Source: Cyanophora paradoxa CCMP329 (lineage: Eukaryota; Plantae; Glaucophyta). From it: 64,000 nucleotides of DNA. The stretch is from positions 477,554 to 541,553 of the forward strand of contig QPMI01000071.1 of the NCBI GenBank assembly GCA_004431415.1. Reading direction: 5' to 3'. Made by a program: the position numbers and the translations under genes. Below the pieces are notes generated by a model, which ran no database searches, was not told the origin of the DNA, and saw only the letters and a program-made list of their open reading frames with translations. Below are positions 23,811 through 35,575 of this stretch, in pieces. Position 1 is the first letter of the stretch; each line of letters begins with the position of its first letter.

Positions 23811-26800
23811 CTAGCGGCGGGGCGGCTGGCCAAAGGGGGCCGGGGGGGCGAGGAGCCCGCCCTCCGAGGAAGAGTTGGAGGAGGAGGGGGGCGAGTCGCT
23901 GGCGGAGGTACCCCCCTTCGAGGCCCCCGCCCCCGCCCCCGGCCCCGCCCCCGGCGCAGGGCCGGCGAGGCGGCGGCGGCACTCCTCGACGGCCCGCCCC
24001 ACCGCCACCACGCGGCCCTGGTGCGGCGGGAAGTACGCCTGCGCCGAGGGCGCGTCGGCGGGCGCGGGGGCAGCCAGGAGGCGGGGGCCGGGGGGCCGGG
24101 GGGGGGGGGGGGGGGGGGAGGGGGGGGGGGGCGGACCGGGTACGCGTGGTAGAGGGTCGCCTGCGCCCGCTCCAGCTCCCGCAGCGCCTTGGCCCACTCC
24201 CCGACCGCCATGTACGCGTCCCCCAGCTGGGTACGCGGTTGTTAGTTGGGAGGTGGGGGGTATGGGAGCGGGGTTCGCGTGCACACGTGGTAGTACATGT
24301 GCCCCAGCATGAAGGGCCGCATGGGGCTCCGGCGGAAGGTGTACCCCCCGTCGAAGGCGATGAACCACTTGGAGACCTTGATGATGCGGGGGGCGTCCCT
24401 GGGGGGCCGTCAGGGGTACGGGAGGGGGGCGAGGGGAGGGGGCGGCGCGCGTCACGAAGACGTTGCCCTCCTTGGTCGAGACCATGGAGCGCTGCGTGTG
24501 GGGAACGGCGGGCTCGGGGCCAGGGGCGGGGCGGGCTCGGAGGCGGGGCGAGGGGGCAGGCGCACGATGTTGCGCTTGAGGGCGAAGGTTTGGTCCATCT
24601 CGTGCCAGCTGCGCGCGCTCGCCCGCGAGGCCCGCCGTCAGCCGGCGCCCCGCGCGAGGCGCCCCCGCCCCCGCCCCGCCCCGGCGCGCCTGTAGTTGTT
24701 GAGCTGGTGCGTGAGGCGCGACACGATCCCCGTGTGCTGCGCGCGCCTCGGCGTCGGCCGCGGCTCACGAGCGCAGCGGGGCGGGCGGGGCCGGGGTGGG
24801 GCGCACCTTGAGGACGCCGCGGAAGTCGCCCGTGCGGAGGCAGCAGTGCGACCAGCCAGCGTGGTACTTCTCCGTCCGCGCCCTGCCCGGGCCCGTCGGC
24901 CGCGCGGGGAGGAGGGCGGGGCGGGGCGGGGAGAGGGCGGGCTCACCGGTAGGCGTCGGGCATGGTCTCGAGCATCTGCGGGCGGGGGGCTTCGGCGGGG
25001 CGCGGCACGACGCGGCCCGGGCCGAGGCGGGCGGGCGGGCAGCCCGGGCGGGCCGAGGCGGGGCGGACCTCGACGCCGGCCTGGAAGTGCTTCTTGGCGG
25101 CCTGCCAGTTCTTCCGCTGGATCGCTTCGATCGCTGCCCCCGCCGCCGCCGCCCCCCGTCAGCGCCGCGGCCGGCCGGGGGCGAAGGCGGGGCGGGGCGG
25201 GGGCCGGGCGCGCCGAAGAGGGCCTGGGCGCCGGCGGCGAGGATGCAGTCCTCGCGGTCCTCCGTGAACCAGTACACCTGCCGCCGGCCCCGTGAGGGGC
25301 GCCGGGGGCTCTGAATGGGCGGGCTCGCCTTGCTGCAGAGGTGCGAGGCGAGCTCCGCCTTGGAGGGATCCGACACTGCGGCGGAGGAGGCGGCGGGCTC
25401 GAGGAGGACGGGCGGGCGGGGCGGGGCGGGCGGGGCGGACGGAGGAGGAAGGTGAGCTCGGCGATGACCTCTGCCTCGAGCCGCGACGGCGAGTTCCCCG
25501 ACCGCACCTGCGCCCCCGGCCTTAGCTCAGGCCGACCGGCCGGCGGGGCCCCGGGGCGCACGAGGAGGGACCAGGCGGAGAAGTAGTGCTCGTACCCCGC
25601 CTCGCCCCCCTCCAGCTGCCCGCCCCACGATCAGCGGGGCCGGCGCGGGAGAGGGGGCGAGCGGGCGGGAAGGCTGGGGCGGGCCTGGTTGCGGAGCCAG
25701 CCCTTCTTCTGCAGGGCCCGCGCGTACTGCAGCGGGATCGCCTCCTGCGCGCCCGCCCGCAGCTTAGGCGAGGGCGCGCTCCAAGGCGGGGGCCGGGGGC
25801 GGGGGCGGGGGCGGGCCCTGTGGGGGAGGACGAGGGCCTCGGCGCGCTCGACGAGCTCGACGAGGAAGGAGGCCGGGACGGCCAGCAGGTCCAGCGGCAC
25901 CAGCGCGCTCTGATGGGGCGCCTGAGGCGGGCGAGCGGGCGCGGGGCGGGGAGGGGCGGCCCGCCCGGGCGCGACACAGAAGGGACGCGAGCTCTAAGAT
26001 CGTTTGCGGAGCGCGGGCCGCGCACGTTGCCGGTGAGGAGCTCGACGACGTTCCAGAGGTGCTCGGCCATCAGCTGGGCGTCGGCGGGGCCCAGCGCCTC
26101 CCCCGCCCCCTCCGCGAGCAGCAGGCGGCGCCACGCCGCGAGCACGCCCTCCACGTGCAGCGCCGAGCCGCACAGGCGGAGGTCCTCCAGGGCTCGCCGC
26201 ACGCGGTAGCGCCCGTCCAGGAGGCCCAGCAGCCGCGTGTCCAGCACATCCCAGCGGCCCAGCACGGCCGCCAGGTCCCCGCAGGCGCGCTGCACCGAGG
26301 AGGGCACCGGCTGCCCCGCCCGCACGGGGTGCCGCACGCCGGCCGCTGCCGCCGCGCCCCGCAGGGCGGCCTCGGCGGCGGCGACCCACGCGATGGCGGC
26401 CTCGCGCGCCGCCTCCGAGGTCTGGCGGTAGGGCGGGGGCGCCCAGGAGCGGGCGGGGTCGGGCAGGGGCGGCAGGGTCGCCGCCGGGTGCAGGTGCCGC
26501 GCGATGCTCTCGCTCAGCTCCGACGCGAACGCGTGGAACGGCTGTCGCCGCGTGGGCGCAAGCCAGCGACGGCGGGGCGGGGCGGGGCGGGGCGGGGCGG
26601 GGCGCGCACCTGCGCCTCCCGCTGCCTCGCGACATCGATCTCCCTGCGGCCGTCGGCGTTGGCGTAGGGAGCAGGGCGGGCGGAGGGCGCGGGGCACCGT
26701 ATGAAGGCGTCGGCGGCGGTCTTGGGGTCAGCTCCCCCCCACGCCTCCTCGGGCGTCGACGCCCGCCCCGTCCACGCTCCGTCCGGCGGCCCCGGCGTAG

Positions 26801-28255
26801 GAGGCATGTACCCCCTGCGCTCCACGCTCCGAAGCCGGCGGGCGGGGCGGGCGGGCGGGCGGGCGGGGCGGGGCGCACGGGTCCTGCAGCTCGGGGTACG
26901 CATCGTCGGCGGCCACGTGCCCCTTGTACGGGTTCTGCGCGCGGCCTGTCAGGGGACCCAGCGCCCGGCGGGGCGGCCGGGGCCCGAGGGGCGCGCCAGC
27001 TTCTCGAAGGCTTCCACCAGGTCGTCCGGCTCCGCCGCCGCCTCCCGCCCCGCCCCGCCCCCGCCCCGCCCCCGCTGCCGCCCGCCCGCCCCGCCCCGTC
27101 AGCCGCCGCCGCCGCGAGGACGCGCGGGCGCTCGCTCGGCGGTCGCTCGCCTCGCGCTTGCGCGGCGCTTGGCGCCGGCGGAGGGTTTGGGCCGGAGGGG
27201 CGCGCCGGGCGGCGAGCCGGAGGCGCCGGGGCCCGGGGCGAGAGGCTGTCCGGGGGCGACGGCCCGCTGAGGCCACCCGAGTCCCCCTCCTCCTCGAGCT
27301 CCTCCTCCTCGTCCCCGGACGCGCCGCTCCCCTCGGAGAGCGACGGGGCCCCGCGCGCCCGCTTCGCGCTCGCGCGGCCGCCGCCGAGGGCGCCCAGCTT
27401 TGACGAGAGGCGCAGCGCCAGCGAGGCGACGACCTCCCCCGCGCCGCCGCCCGCGCCGCCGCGCTCGATGAGGAGCCGCAGCACGCGGTACCGCGCCTCG
27501 CCGTGCAGCACGCCTGCGCCCCGCCCCCCCGCCGAAGGGTGAGCTCCAAGGGTGGGTGGGTGCGTCTGGGGGGGTAGGCGCGCCGAGGCCGAAGCGCTCG
27601 TCGGTGTAGCCGGCGGCGTTGATGCGGACGGCCACCGTCTGCAGGGGGACGCCCTTGCGCGTCGAGCGGCCCTTCGCGGGGTACGAGACCAGGCCGTTCG
27701 CCACCGCCTTCCCCGAGTCTGCCGGCGCCCCCGGAGGTCGGCGGCGATGCGCGGTGGAAGGCGCGGGCGGGACTCGCGCACCCGCGAACACGAGCCGGAG
27801 GAGGAGCGGCGCTTTCGCGAGGGCGGCCGTCTCCGGATCCGAGGCCGCCAGCGCGAGGCGGTATCGCCTGTCGCGCGGCCGCGGCGTGCAGGTGAGGCGG
27901 AGGAACGCTGAAAAGGGGAGGCCTGCAGGGCGCGCGGGGCCCCGCACTTGTAGGACTTCAACGCGTAGTCGTGCGGGATGGCTCGCCCGCCTTCGCCGCC
28001 GGCGCCGGCCTCGCCAGGCGCCGGCGGCGGCACCCTTGGGACGAGAGACGGCCGGTCGCCACGTTTGAACTGTGCTTCTGCGAAGTGGAAGGGGCACGCG
28101 CTGCCCGCGAGGCCGAGCTGGGGCGGCGATGGCGGGTCCGAGCTGGGGGATCCTGTCGATGACGAGCTGGCACCCGCGGCCGCAGCACCAAAGAACACCG
28201 AGGCGCCCTGCGCTCCTCCCGCCAGCTGCGGCTGGTTGGCGAAGCGTGTCGCCAT
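23811..28255 (-). CDS. Large hypothetical protein: N-terminal beta-rich domain, NLS-like/acidic linker, C-terminal TPR-like helices
   Basis: More than 20 exons with coding-like codon bias, e.g. AAIEAIQRKNWQAAKKHFQAGVE, LGDAYMAVGEWAKALRELERAQ. Confidence 0.7.
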
Positions 28256-28671
28256 CTTCCTCAATCCGAGGTGCACGTGCCGGCCGCCATCTGCCACGCT
28301 CCGAGGGGCTCCGCCGGCGCCGATGGCTGCCCGGCCGTGCGGCGCGGCCCGACGCCCTTCCTGATGATCTATCAAGATCACAGCACGCCCCGATGAACAG
28401 CAAAAGATCTATCAAGCACGTCTAGCCGCTGACCTATGGGCCATGGCGAGCCAGCGGCGACGAGGAGAAACGCTCCTTGACTGTGAGAGCTCGAGAGGAT
28501 AAAGTTGCGCTGTCGGAGGCAAGCAGCCCCCCGGTCACCGCGCCTGCATCTAGGAACCGCTACACAGAGGCCAGCAGAGCAGTCTTTGCGTCCGATCCAA
28601 GCTTCCGCCGTTTGAACCCGTACCCCTCGAGTTCGGCCGCTTCGCATCACCTACACCGATACCACAGCACG

Positions 28672-29527
28672 ATGGGCTTCTTCGACTTCCTGGACGACAT
28701 CAAGGAAGGCCTGCAGAACTTCGGGAAGTCGTTCACAGGCGGCGTCTCGCAAATCGCTCAGGAAACAGGTCAGGGCATGAAGACCGGCGTGGATGCCGTC
28801 AAGGGCGCCGCCGTGAACACGTACCAGGCAACGTGAGCGAGTCTGCAACCGCCAGCCGCGCCCATCCGCTCGTAACGCGCACCCACAGCACCCAAGGTAT
28901 CAAGAATGTCGCTGGCAAGGTGGCCAACACGAACATCATGGAAGGCCTGAAGCAGCATCTGGAAATCGGTCAGACCGCGGGCACGGGCCTGCAGGACTCG
29001 GCTCAGGTCCGTTGTCCGCGTGGAGCCTCGCGGGTATTCGTCTGACGCGTCGTCGCAGCCGCTGCGTCGCTCCGAGATTATGGTCCAGGTGAGCGGCGCA
29101 GAACGAACCGGCCGTGTGTGTGCTCACCCCGCGCGCGCAGGGCGACGACGACGGCGACTCGCCTGTCGGCAGCTACTCGGTCAACTCGGGCCGGACGCAG
29201 GCCCCGACCGTGCTCGCGCGCCCCGCGAACGCGACCGTGGTCAACAACTACAACAAGCTTGCCCCAGACATGCAGATGCGCAACACCAGTCTGGCCCGCG
29301 AGCTGGACGTGCGCCCCTCCCCTCCCGGCCCCGCCGCCGCTCGCTGACGCCGACCGGGCGCCGCGCAGGACGCGACGCTCGAGATCGCCGACTCGCTGCT
29401 CGAGGAGCCGGCGTCGCAGGCGCTCGCCACCGTGGAGGCCGGCTTCGCCGCCGACGCCGACGCCGCCGCCGAGGCCGGCGCCGAGGCCGAGGCCGCCGAG
29501 GCCGAAGCCGAGGTCGCCTGGCTCTAG
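28672..29527 (+). CDS. Small hydrophilic LEA-like/amphipathic hypothetical protein (5 exons)
   Basis: MGFFDFLDDIKEGLQNFGKSFTGGVSQIAQETGQGMKTGVDAVKGAAVNTYQAT|TQGIKNVAGKV..|PLRRSEIMVQ|GDDDGD..|..AEAEVAWL*; splice phases consistent. Confidence 0.7.
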
Positions 29528-29713
29528 GGCCCCGCGCAACGTTTCTGAGATCGCATGCAGCACGTAATACTATGATATAATGCAATGTATACGCCCGCTC
29601 CGGATCGCCCCTGCAGCTGCGAGCCGCCGGCCGTCTCGGGGGTTGCCGTAGTGCGTAATTACGTGTACAGTGCGCGCCCGGGCGGGCACGGGGCGCGGGG
29701 CGCGGGGCGCGCT

Positions 29714-32700
29714 TCATGCCTTGAGGTCGACCTTCTTGGAGGCGCGGGCGACGCCAATCTCGCACGCGTTCACCTGAGCGGGCCCGCCCCCATCAGCGCG
29801 GGGCGTGACGGGGGCGGGGGTGGGGCGGGGCGCGCCTTCTGGGCGAAGCGGAGGGAGCAGAGGCTCTCGCCGGCCGACTCGGCCAGGGGCGACACGTTCA
29901 CGAACATGAGCGTCCTGCGCGCCCCCCCCGCCCCGGCTCGAGGCGTGCGGGCGGGCGTGGGGGGCGGGCGCACTTGGCCTCGCCGCCGAGGCACGGCTGG
30001 AGGAGGTACGTCAGCTTCGAGTTCCGCTGCCGGGGGGCCGCGTCAGGGCGCGCGGGGCGGCGGGGCTCGGCGGGCGGGGCGGCCGCACGTAGGGCACGTG
30101 CGCCTCCTTGTTCGCTGCGGGGCGGGGCGAACGGGGCGCTCGGTGCGCGCGGGGCGGGGCGGGGCGGCGCGAGCGGGCGAGCGGGGTGCGCGCACCGAGG
30201 GCGCAGATGACGTCTCCGAGGGAGGAGAGGGACTTGTTGATCGCCTGCCCGCCGATTCGGCCCCGGTCGGCGTGCGGGGCGGGGGCAGGGCGGAGGGTGC
30301 GGGCCTGGGTCTCGCGGAGGCGCTCCTTGTCGTTGCCGGAGCCGCTCTCTTTGAGGCGCTCCGAGCCGGCGAGGTCCACGAGGTTCAGCACGCCGCTCAC
30401 CCCCTGGCCTGTCTCCGCGCTCGAGCCCTTGATCTCCAGCCGGAACACGCTGCCGCCCCGGGGCGTCGGCCGGCGGACGGGCGCCCGGGGGCGGCGGGGA
30501 GGAGCGGGACCTGTGGGAGCGGGAGGAGCGCTCGTTCATGGCGGTGGCGGCGGTGGCGCGGTTCTTGCGCGCCCGCCGGATCAGCGCGTACACCTGCCCG
30601 CCCTGCACAGTCGGACCCAGGCGGCGGGGCGCGCGGCGCCCCGGGCCGCCCCCGCCCCTCCCCGGCGCGCCTGCTTGGCGCCGGTGACGTCGACGACGGT
30701 GAGGTCGGCGACCGTCGTGTTGCCCCGCCCGTCGTGCTTCACCTGCGCGCGAAGCGAGGCGCTCGGCGCTCTGGACGCGCCGCGCTGCGCCGCACCGCGC
30801 GGCGGGGCTCGCCTCGAGGCGGCGCTCGCGGTCGTCGGTGGCGAGCAGGTCCCGCAGCGCCTCGTTGTAGATCTGCCCCGCCCGCGTGGGCCGGCGGCGC
30901 GGCTCCGGGGCGGCTTCGGGCGGGCCCGGGCCCCGGCACCCACCTCGACGAAGGAGGCCTGGACCTTGTAGCTCCAGCCCTGCCGCCCCGCCGCCTCCAC
31001 CGCTGCGAAGATCTGCGGCGCCCGCCGGCTCGAGGCCTGCAGCGCGGGGCGGGGGGCGGGGGGCGGGGCGCCTGCTCGACGGCGCGGGGGATCATGCCGG
31101 CGTTCGAGCCGTCGAGGTCCACGTCCTCCGGGCCCTGGCCCCGCCCGCGTCGGGCCGCGCCGCGCCGCGCGGCGGGGCGGGGCGAGATGCCAAGCACCTC
31201 CATGGTGAAGGTCTTGCCGGAGCCCGTCTGCCCGTACGCGAAGATGCACACCCCTGCCGCCCCCCTGCGTCGGGCCGAGCCGGCGGGCGTGGATGGGGTG
31301 GGGCGGGGCGGGGCGGACGGTAGCCGTCGAGGGCGCTCTGGACGAGCTGGGAGATCTCCGAGAAGACCTCGCCCTGGCCCGCCCCCGGCTGGAACACCTG
31401 CCGCCCGAGCGCCCCGGCTCTGCGACGGCGAGCGAGGGCGCGGCGGCGGCGGCGGGCGCGGGCGGCGCGCCTTGTCGAAGGTGAAGCGGTGGGCCTTGGC
31501 CTCGCCGGGGCGCCCGTCCACCGTCGTCCCGCTGCGCCCCGCCTGCTGCGGCACCGTCACCTCGATCCCCCGCTGCCCGTTCCCCGCCGGGAACTCCAGG
31601 ACACGCTCCCCCTCCTGCCCCCACCGGGCGAGCGGGCGAGCCAGCCCCGGGTCAGAGTCGGGCCCGGCGGCAGCGGCAGGCGCACGTCGGCGCACCGGCG
31701 CCTGCGAGGACGACTCGGACGGCAGCAGCGGCCGCACGCGGCAGTAGACCTGCGCGGCCGTCGGCCGGGGCTGCGCGCGGGGGAGGGCCCGGTTGGGGGT
31801 ACCCGGATGTTGCCCTTGAGCTCCTGGATGGCGTTGTGGAGGCGCTTGCGGAGCTCCTCGTCGGAGCGGGCCTGCTGCTCGAGCTCCTCCACGCGCCGTC
31901 GCGCCGCCTCGAGCTCCGACGCCAGCCGCGCCCCCTCCGCCCGCGCCCCGTCCCGCTCCGCCTCGCGCTCCGCCAGCCGCGCCCCGGCCTCTGCCAGCCG
32001 CCCCTGCAGCGTCCCGATCTCCACGTCCCGCTCCGCGATCTTCGCCTGCGCCACGGCGGCGTCGAACGCGGCGGCGGCGGCAGGGCGGGGCGGGGCGGAC
32101 GTCGAGGGCCGCCGCGTGCGCGCGGGCGGCCGTGAGCTCCCCCGTGAGCCGCGCCCGCGCCACGCTCAGAGTCTCCCGCTCCGCCTCCACCTGCCGCCCG
32201 CTCAGCGCGGCCGCGGGCGCTCCCGGGCGCCACCGGCACCTCTGCCAGGCGCCGCCGCAGCTCCGAGAGGCCCGCCGCGATGCGCTCCTCCACCGTCGCC
32301 GCGTGCTGCCGCTCCGTCTCCTCCACTGCGGCCCCGACCGATCCGCGTCGGCCAAGGCGGCGAGGGGCGCGCGCGGGGGAAGGGCGGCGCGCGCCGGGGC
32401 GCACGCGCTGCCTCCTTCTGCTGGACGGTCGCAGTGAGGACGGCCTTCTCGGTCCCCATCTGCTGCACCACCCGCCGCAGCTCATCGAACTCGCTGCGCA
32501 GGTCGTCCAGCTGGCCCTGCGCCCCCTCGAGTCGGCCGGCGCCGCTGGGGGAGGCCCCGGCGCCGCGCGGCGCGGGTCTCGCGAGCCCAGCCCTTGATCC
32601 TCTTCCGGCCCGCGCACCTTTGTGTCCCAGCCGGCGCGCGCAGGCTTCTTCGCTGGAGCCGACGCCGGCCGCGCCGGCGCCGCTGCCGGCTTCGCCGCTG

Positions 32701-32963
32701 CGCCGAACTTCGGCACCGCCGGTTTTTTCACCGCCACCGCTGGCTCCGCTGGCTTCGCTGCCGCCTGCCGCGCACTGCGCAGTGGTGCGGACAAAGCTGA
32801 AGTATCGTGCTTCTTCGCGTCGCACGCATCGCCGCCGGCGTTCTCCTTGTTCTCGGCTTCGGCGGCCTGCGCGACGAGGGGCGCTCAGTTCCGGAGGGGG
32901 GCGTGACCAAAATCGTTCAGCTACCTTCACGCGCCGCCCCGGCGCCGGCAGCATCGACTTCAT
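29714..32963 (-). CDS. Kinesin-14 (KAR3/Ncd/KIFC1-type, C-terminal motor)
   Basis: Basic N-tail and coiled coil; neck [23 protein letters not shown]; P-loop [14 protein letters not shown]; NERSSRSH; [10 protein letters not shown]; [14 protein letters not shown]; SLRFAQKVN. Confidence 0.95.
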
Positions 32964-33046
32964 CGCTAATCGTCCAGAGCCGTTCCGACCGGGTAGTTGC
33001 CTCACTTCGTTCGCGCTTGGAATTTGCCTGCGTACCCCACCCCGAG

Positions 33047-33088
33047 CTTGAGCCTTGAGCCTTGAGCCTTGAGACTTGAGCCTTGAGA
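33047..33088. repeat. 7-bp tandem repeat (CTTGAGC)x6
   Basis: Directly visible; probably lies in a 5'UTR intron of the kinesin gene. Confidence 0.85.
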
Positions 33089-33327
33089 ATGAGCGTGCTC
33101 CCGACCTCCTCGATCGGCCCCGACAGCGCGCCCGCGTTCGCGGACTCCAATTGTGGGTTCGCGAGCCTCGCGACGCGCCACCTTCTCCCCGACGTCTCTC
33201 ACCTCGCGTACGCGTGCCGCGCAGGCACCTCGGGCGCGACGTCACGGGAGAAACTGTGGTGGAGCGCGCTGCGACGAAGGCGGCGCGCGCTCGCGCCTCG
33301 AACCCGCGGCGCCTTCAGAAGCTGGCC

Positions 33328-33990
33328 ATGGCCGATCTCGAGGCGCTTTCTCTTGCGCCTTCTTGCAGCTAGGAATCTTTCCTGCGGGCCCGCGAGCGCC
33401 AGAGAACCCGCATAGCCCCGCGTACGTCCGCTCCATCAGCGCGCGCAGCTGACGCCGCGAACCGGTGCCAGGCTGCCAAGGTCCAGAAGCACAAAATGAA
33501 GGTGCTGCGTTGCGAGGAGAAGATCGCCGAAGCCCGCCTCGGTGCCCGGGTCGGGGCGCCTGCAACCACGCCGTCTCCCTGGCCCTGGCGCGCTCACGGC
33601 CGCTCCCTATCGTACGCGCAGACAGGGGCGGTGTCATGCAGTCCATTCGCGGGGCGGTAGGAATGTCGCACATCCAGGCGCGCCGCTGCGGCCTCCTCGG
33701 ACCCCTAGGCCTTTGATCATGAGGTGGCCGCCCCGCCGCAGATTCTGGAGCGGGAGGCGATCAACCAGTCGGCCGCCGCCGAGCGCCACCACCTGCGGGA
33801 GCTGCAGGTGAGCCGCCGGCGCCGGCGCGGTCCTCGATCCGATGATCGGGGCCGAGCGCGACGGGCGGGCGCCGCGCGCGCGCAGCTGCGGGAGGAGGCG
33901 GAGCTGGAGGAGGCGGACGAGGCGAAGGCGGAGCTCGTCGGCCGCGCCGTCGCCAACGCCGCCCACGAGCACCCGGGCAACCTCGCCTAG
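33328..33990 (+). CDS. Small coiled-coil hypothetical protein (5 exons)
   Basis: MADLE|AAKVQKHKMKVLRCEEKIAEARL|DRGGVMQSIRGAVGMSHIQ|ILEREAINQSAAAERHHLRELQ|LREEAELEE..GNLA*. Confidence 0.6.
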
Positions 33991-34572
33991 GCCGAGAGCA
34001 GGGCCGAATGGCACTGCGGCAGGGCCGCAGGATCCGTATCCAGATCTGCAGCCGGACTTCCCACGCTTGTCGTCGCGCGGGACAGCATAGGTCTCCCGAG
34101 AATACACAACTCATGTAAATGCACTTCTTATTATAATATCAACGCGCTCATCAGTTCTGTCGTGCTGTCGCTATACCTAGCTGGGGGGTTGCAATTGGGG
34201 CTCTATTGAAAGGATACGTTTACGTAACTGCTTGAAATTGGCTATCTGCATCTGGGGACTGGATGTCCCAGAGTGCGAAATGCAGAAAGCGCGCCGAGCT
34301 CACAAAGGTATGAGGCGAATTCGCGGGCCACAGTGCTGAACGTCGCCGAGGTCGGCGGGCTGGCCGCCGGGCGGGCCTGGCCCCGCGGCGCCGCATCTGG
34401 CGGGCCCGGGGGCTTGCAAGAGGAGGCGCCCGTGGCCCGAGACTCGGAAGGCCATGCAGGCCGGCGGCGGGTGCCGAGCAAGCGTTCGAGTGGCTTCTCA
34501 TCTTCTCCGGGCAGCCGCCGCTCTCGAAGGCTGCTGGGGCTGGCCGCTCCGCGAGGAACCCGGGGATCAAAT

Positions 34573-35405
34573 TCAGAGGCCGCCCGAGTCGTCGCTGTCC
34601 AGGGCGTCGTCCCCCTTCTTCTCCTTCTCTGCGCACGCGCACGGCCCGCATCAGCGGCGCCGCGCCGACCGGCCCGGTGGCGCAGGGGCGGCGGACCCTC
34701 GCTCCGGGGGCGGCAGAAGTCGACCAGGTCCCAGGTCGCATCGCGGGCGAGCGCGCCGGCCCAGCCGCCGTCCTCGTCGCCTTCCGCGTCGTACACGAAG
34801 CATGCCGCCTGCGCCGTCTTCATCGGGACGCCCGAGCCGCACAGGTGGCCAACGAGCGCCTCGACGCCCGGGTTGTGCCCGATGACGAGCGCCGTCGACT
34901 GGCCCGGCGCCACGTGCCGCACCAGCGCAGCTTTGATCTCGCTGAGGCCGCCCGCGTACAGCTCCGGCGCGTAGAAGACGAGCGGCTGCATAGCCCCGAA
35001 GGCCCGCTTCATCTCGTTCCACGTCTGGCGGCTCCGCAGGGCGGTGCTGCAGACTACAACCTGCGGCCGCCACCCTCGACTCTCCAGGAACTCACCCGCG
35101 ATGCGCGCCTCGCGCCTCCCGCGCTTCTTCAGGGGTCGCATCTCGTCCGTCAGCTCGCCGGGCACCTGGATCGGCACGCCGGCGCGTCAGCGAGCTTTTT
35201 AGCGAGCGCAGCTAAGAAATGCGTGCGAGGGAAGCGCGCGCACCTTCCACGAGCTCTTCCCGTGACGCATCACGATCAGGCGCACCGCATGCTGTGGAAG
35301 CGAGCGCGGCTGCTCGACATCGGCGTCGCTTGCTGACGCTCGTGCACTGATTGCGCCGTAGCTGCTAGCGACGGGCCCCTCGGGCGCCGAGCCCGCTGCC
35401 CCCAT
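34573..35405 (-). CDS. SixA-like histidine phosphatase (phosphoglycerate mutase superfamily)
   Basis: RLIVMRHGKSSW, RPLKKRG, CSTALRSRQTW, LVIGHNPG motifs; 3 exons. Confidence 0.9.
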
Positions 35406-35575
35406 CGAGGGTACAGCGCTTTGCGAGCGCTGCTTCAGCTCTAGTTGACGCTATCCGCTTGGCTAGCGCTGGCGCCGGCTATGGACACGCGTCCTGGACA
35501 GGCGCAGTGATCGTAGTTCGCGGTGGCACGCGGATCCGGACGCGCACAGTTCAAGCCAGCCGCGCCGCAGCCGCG

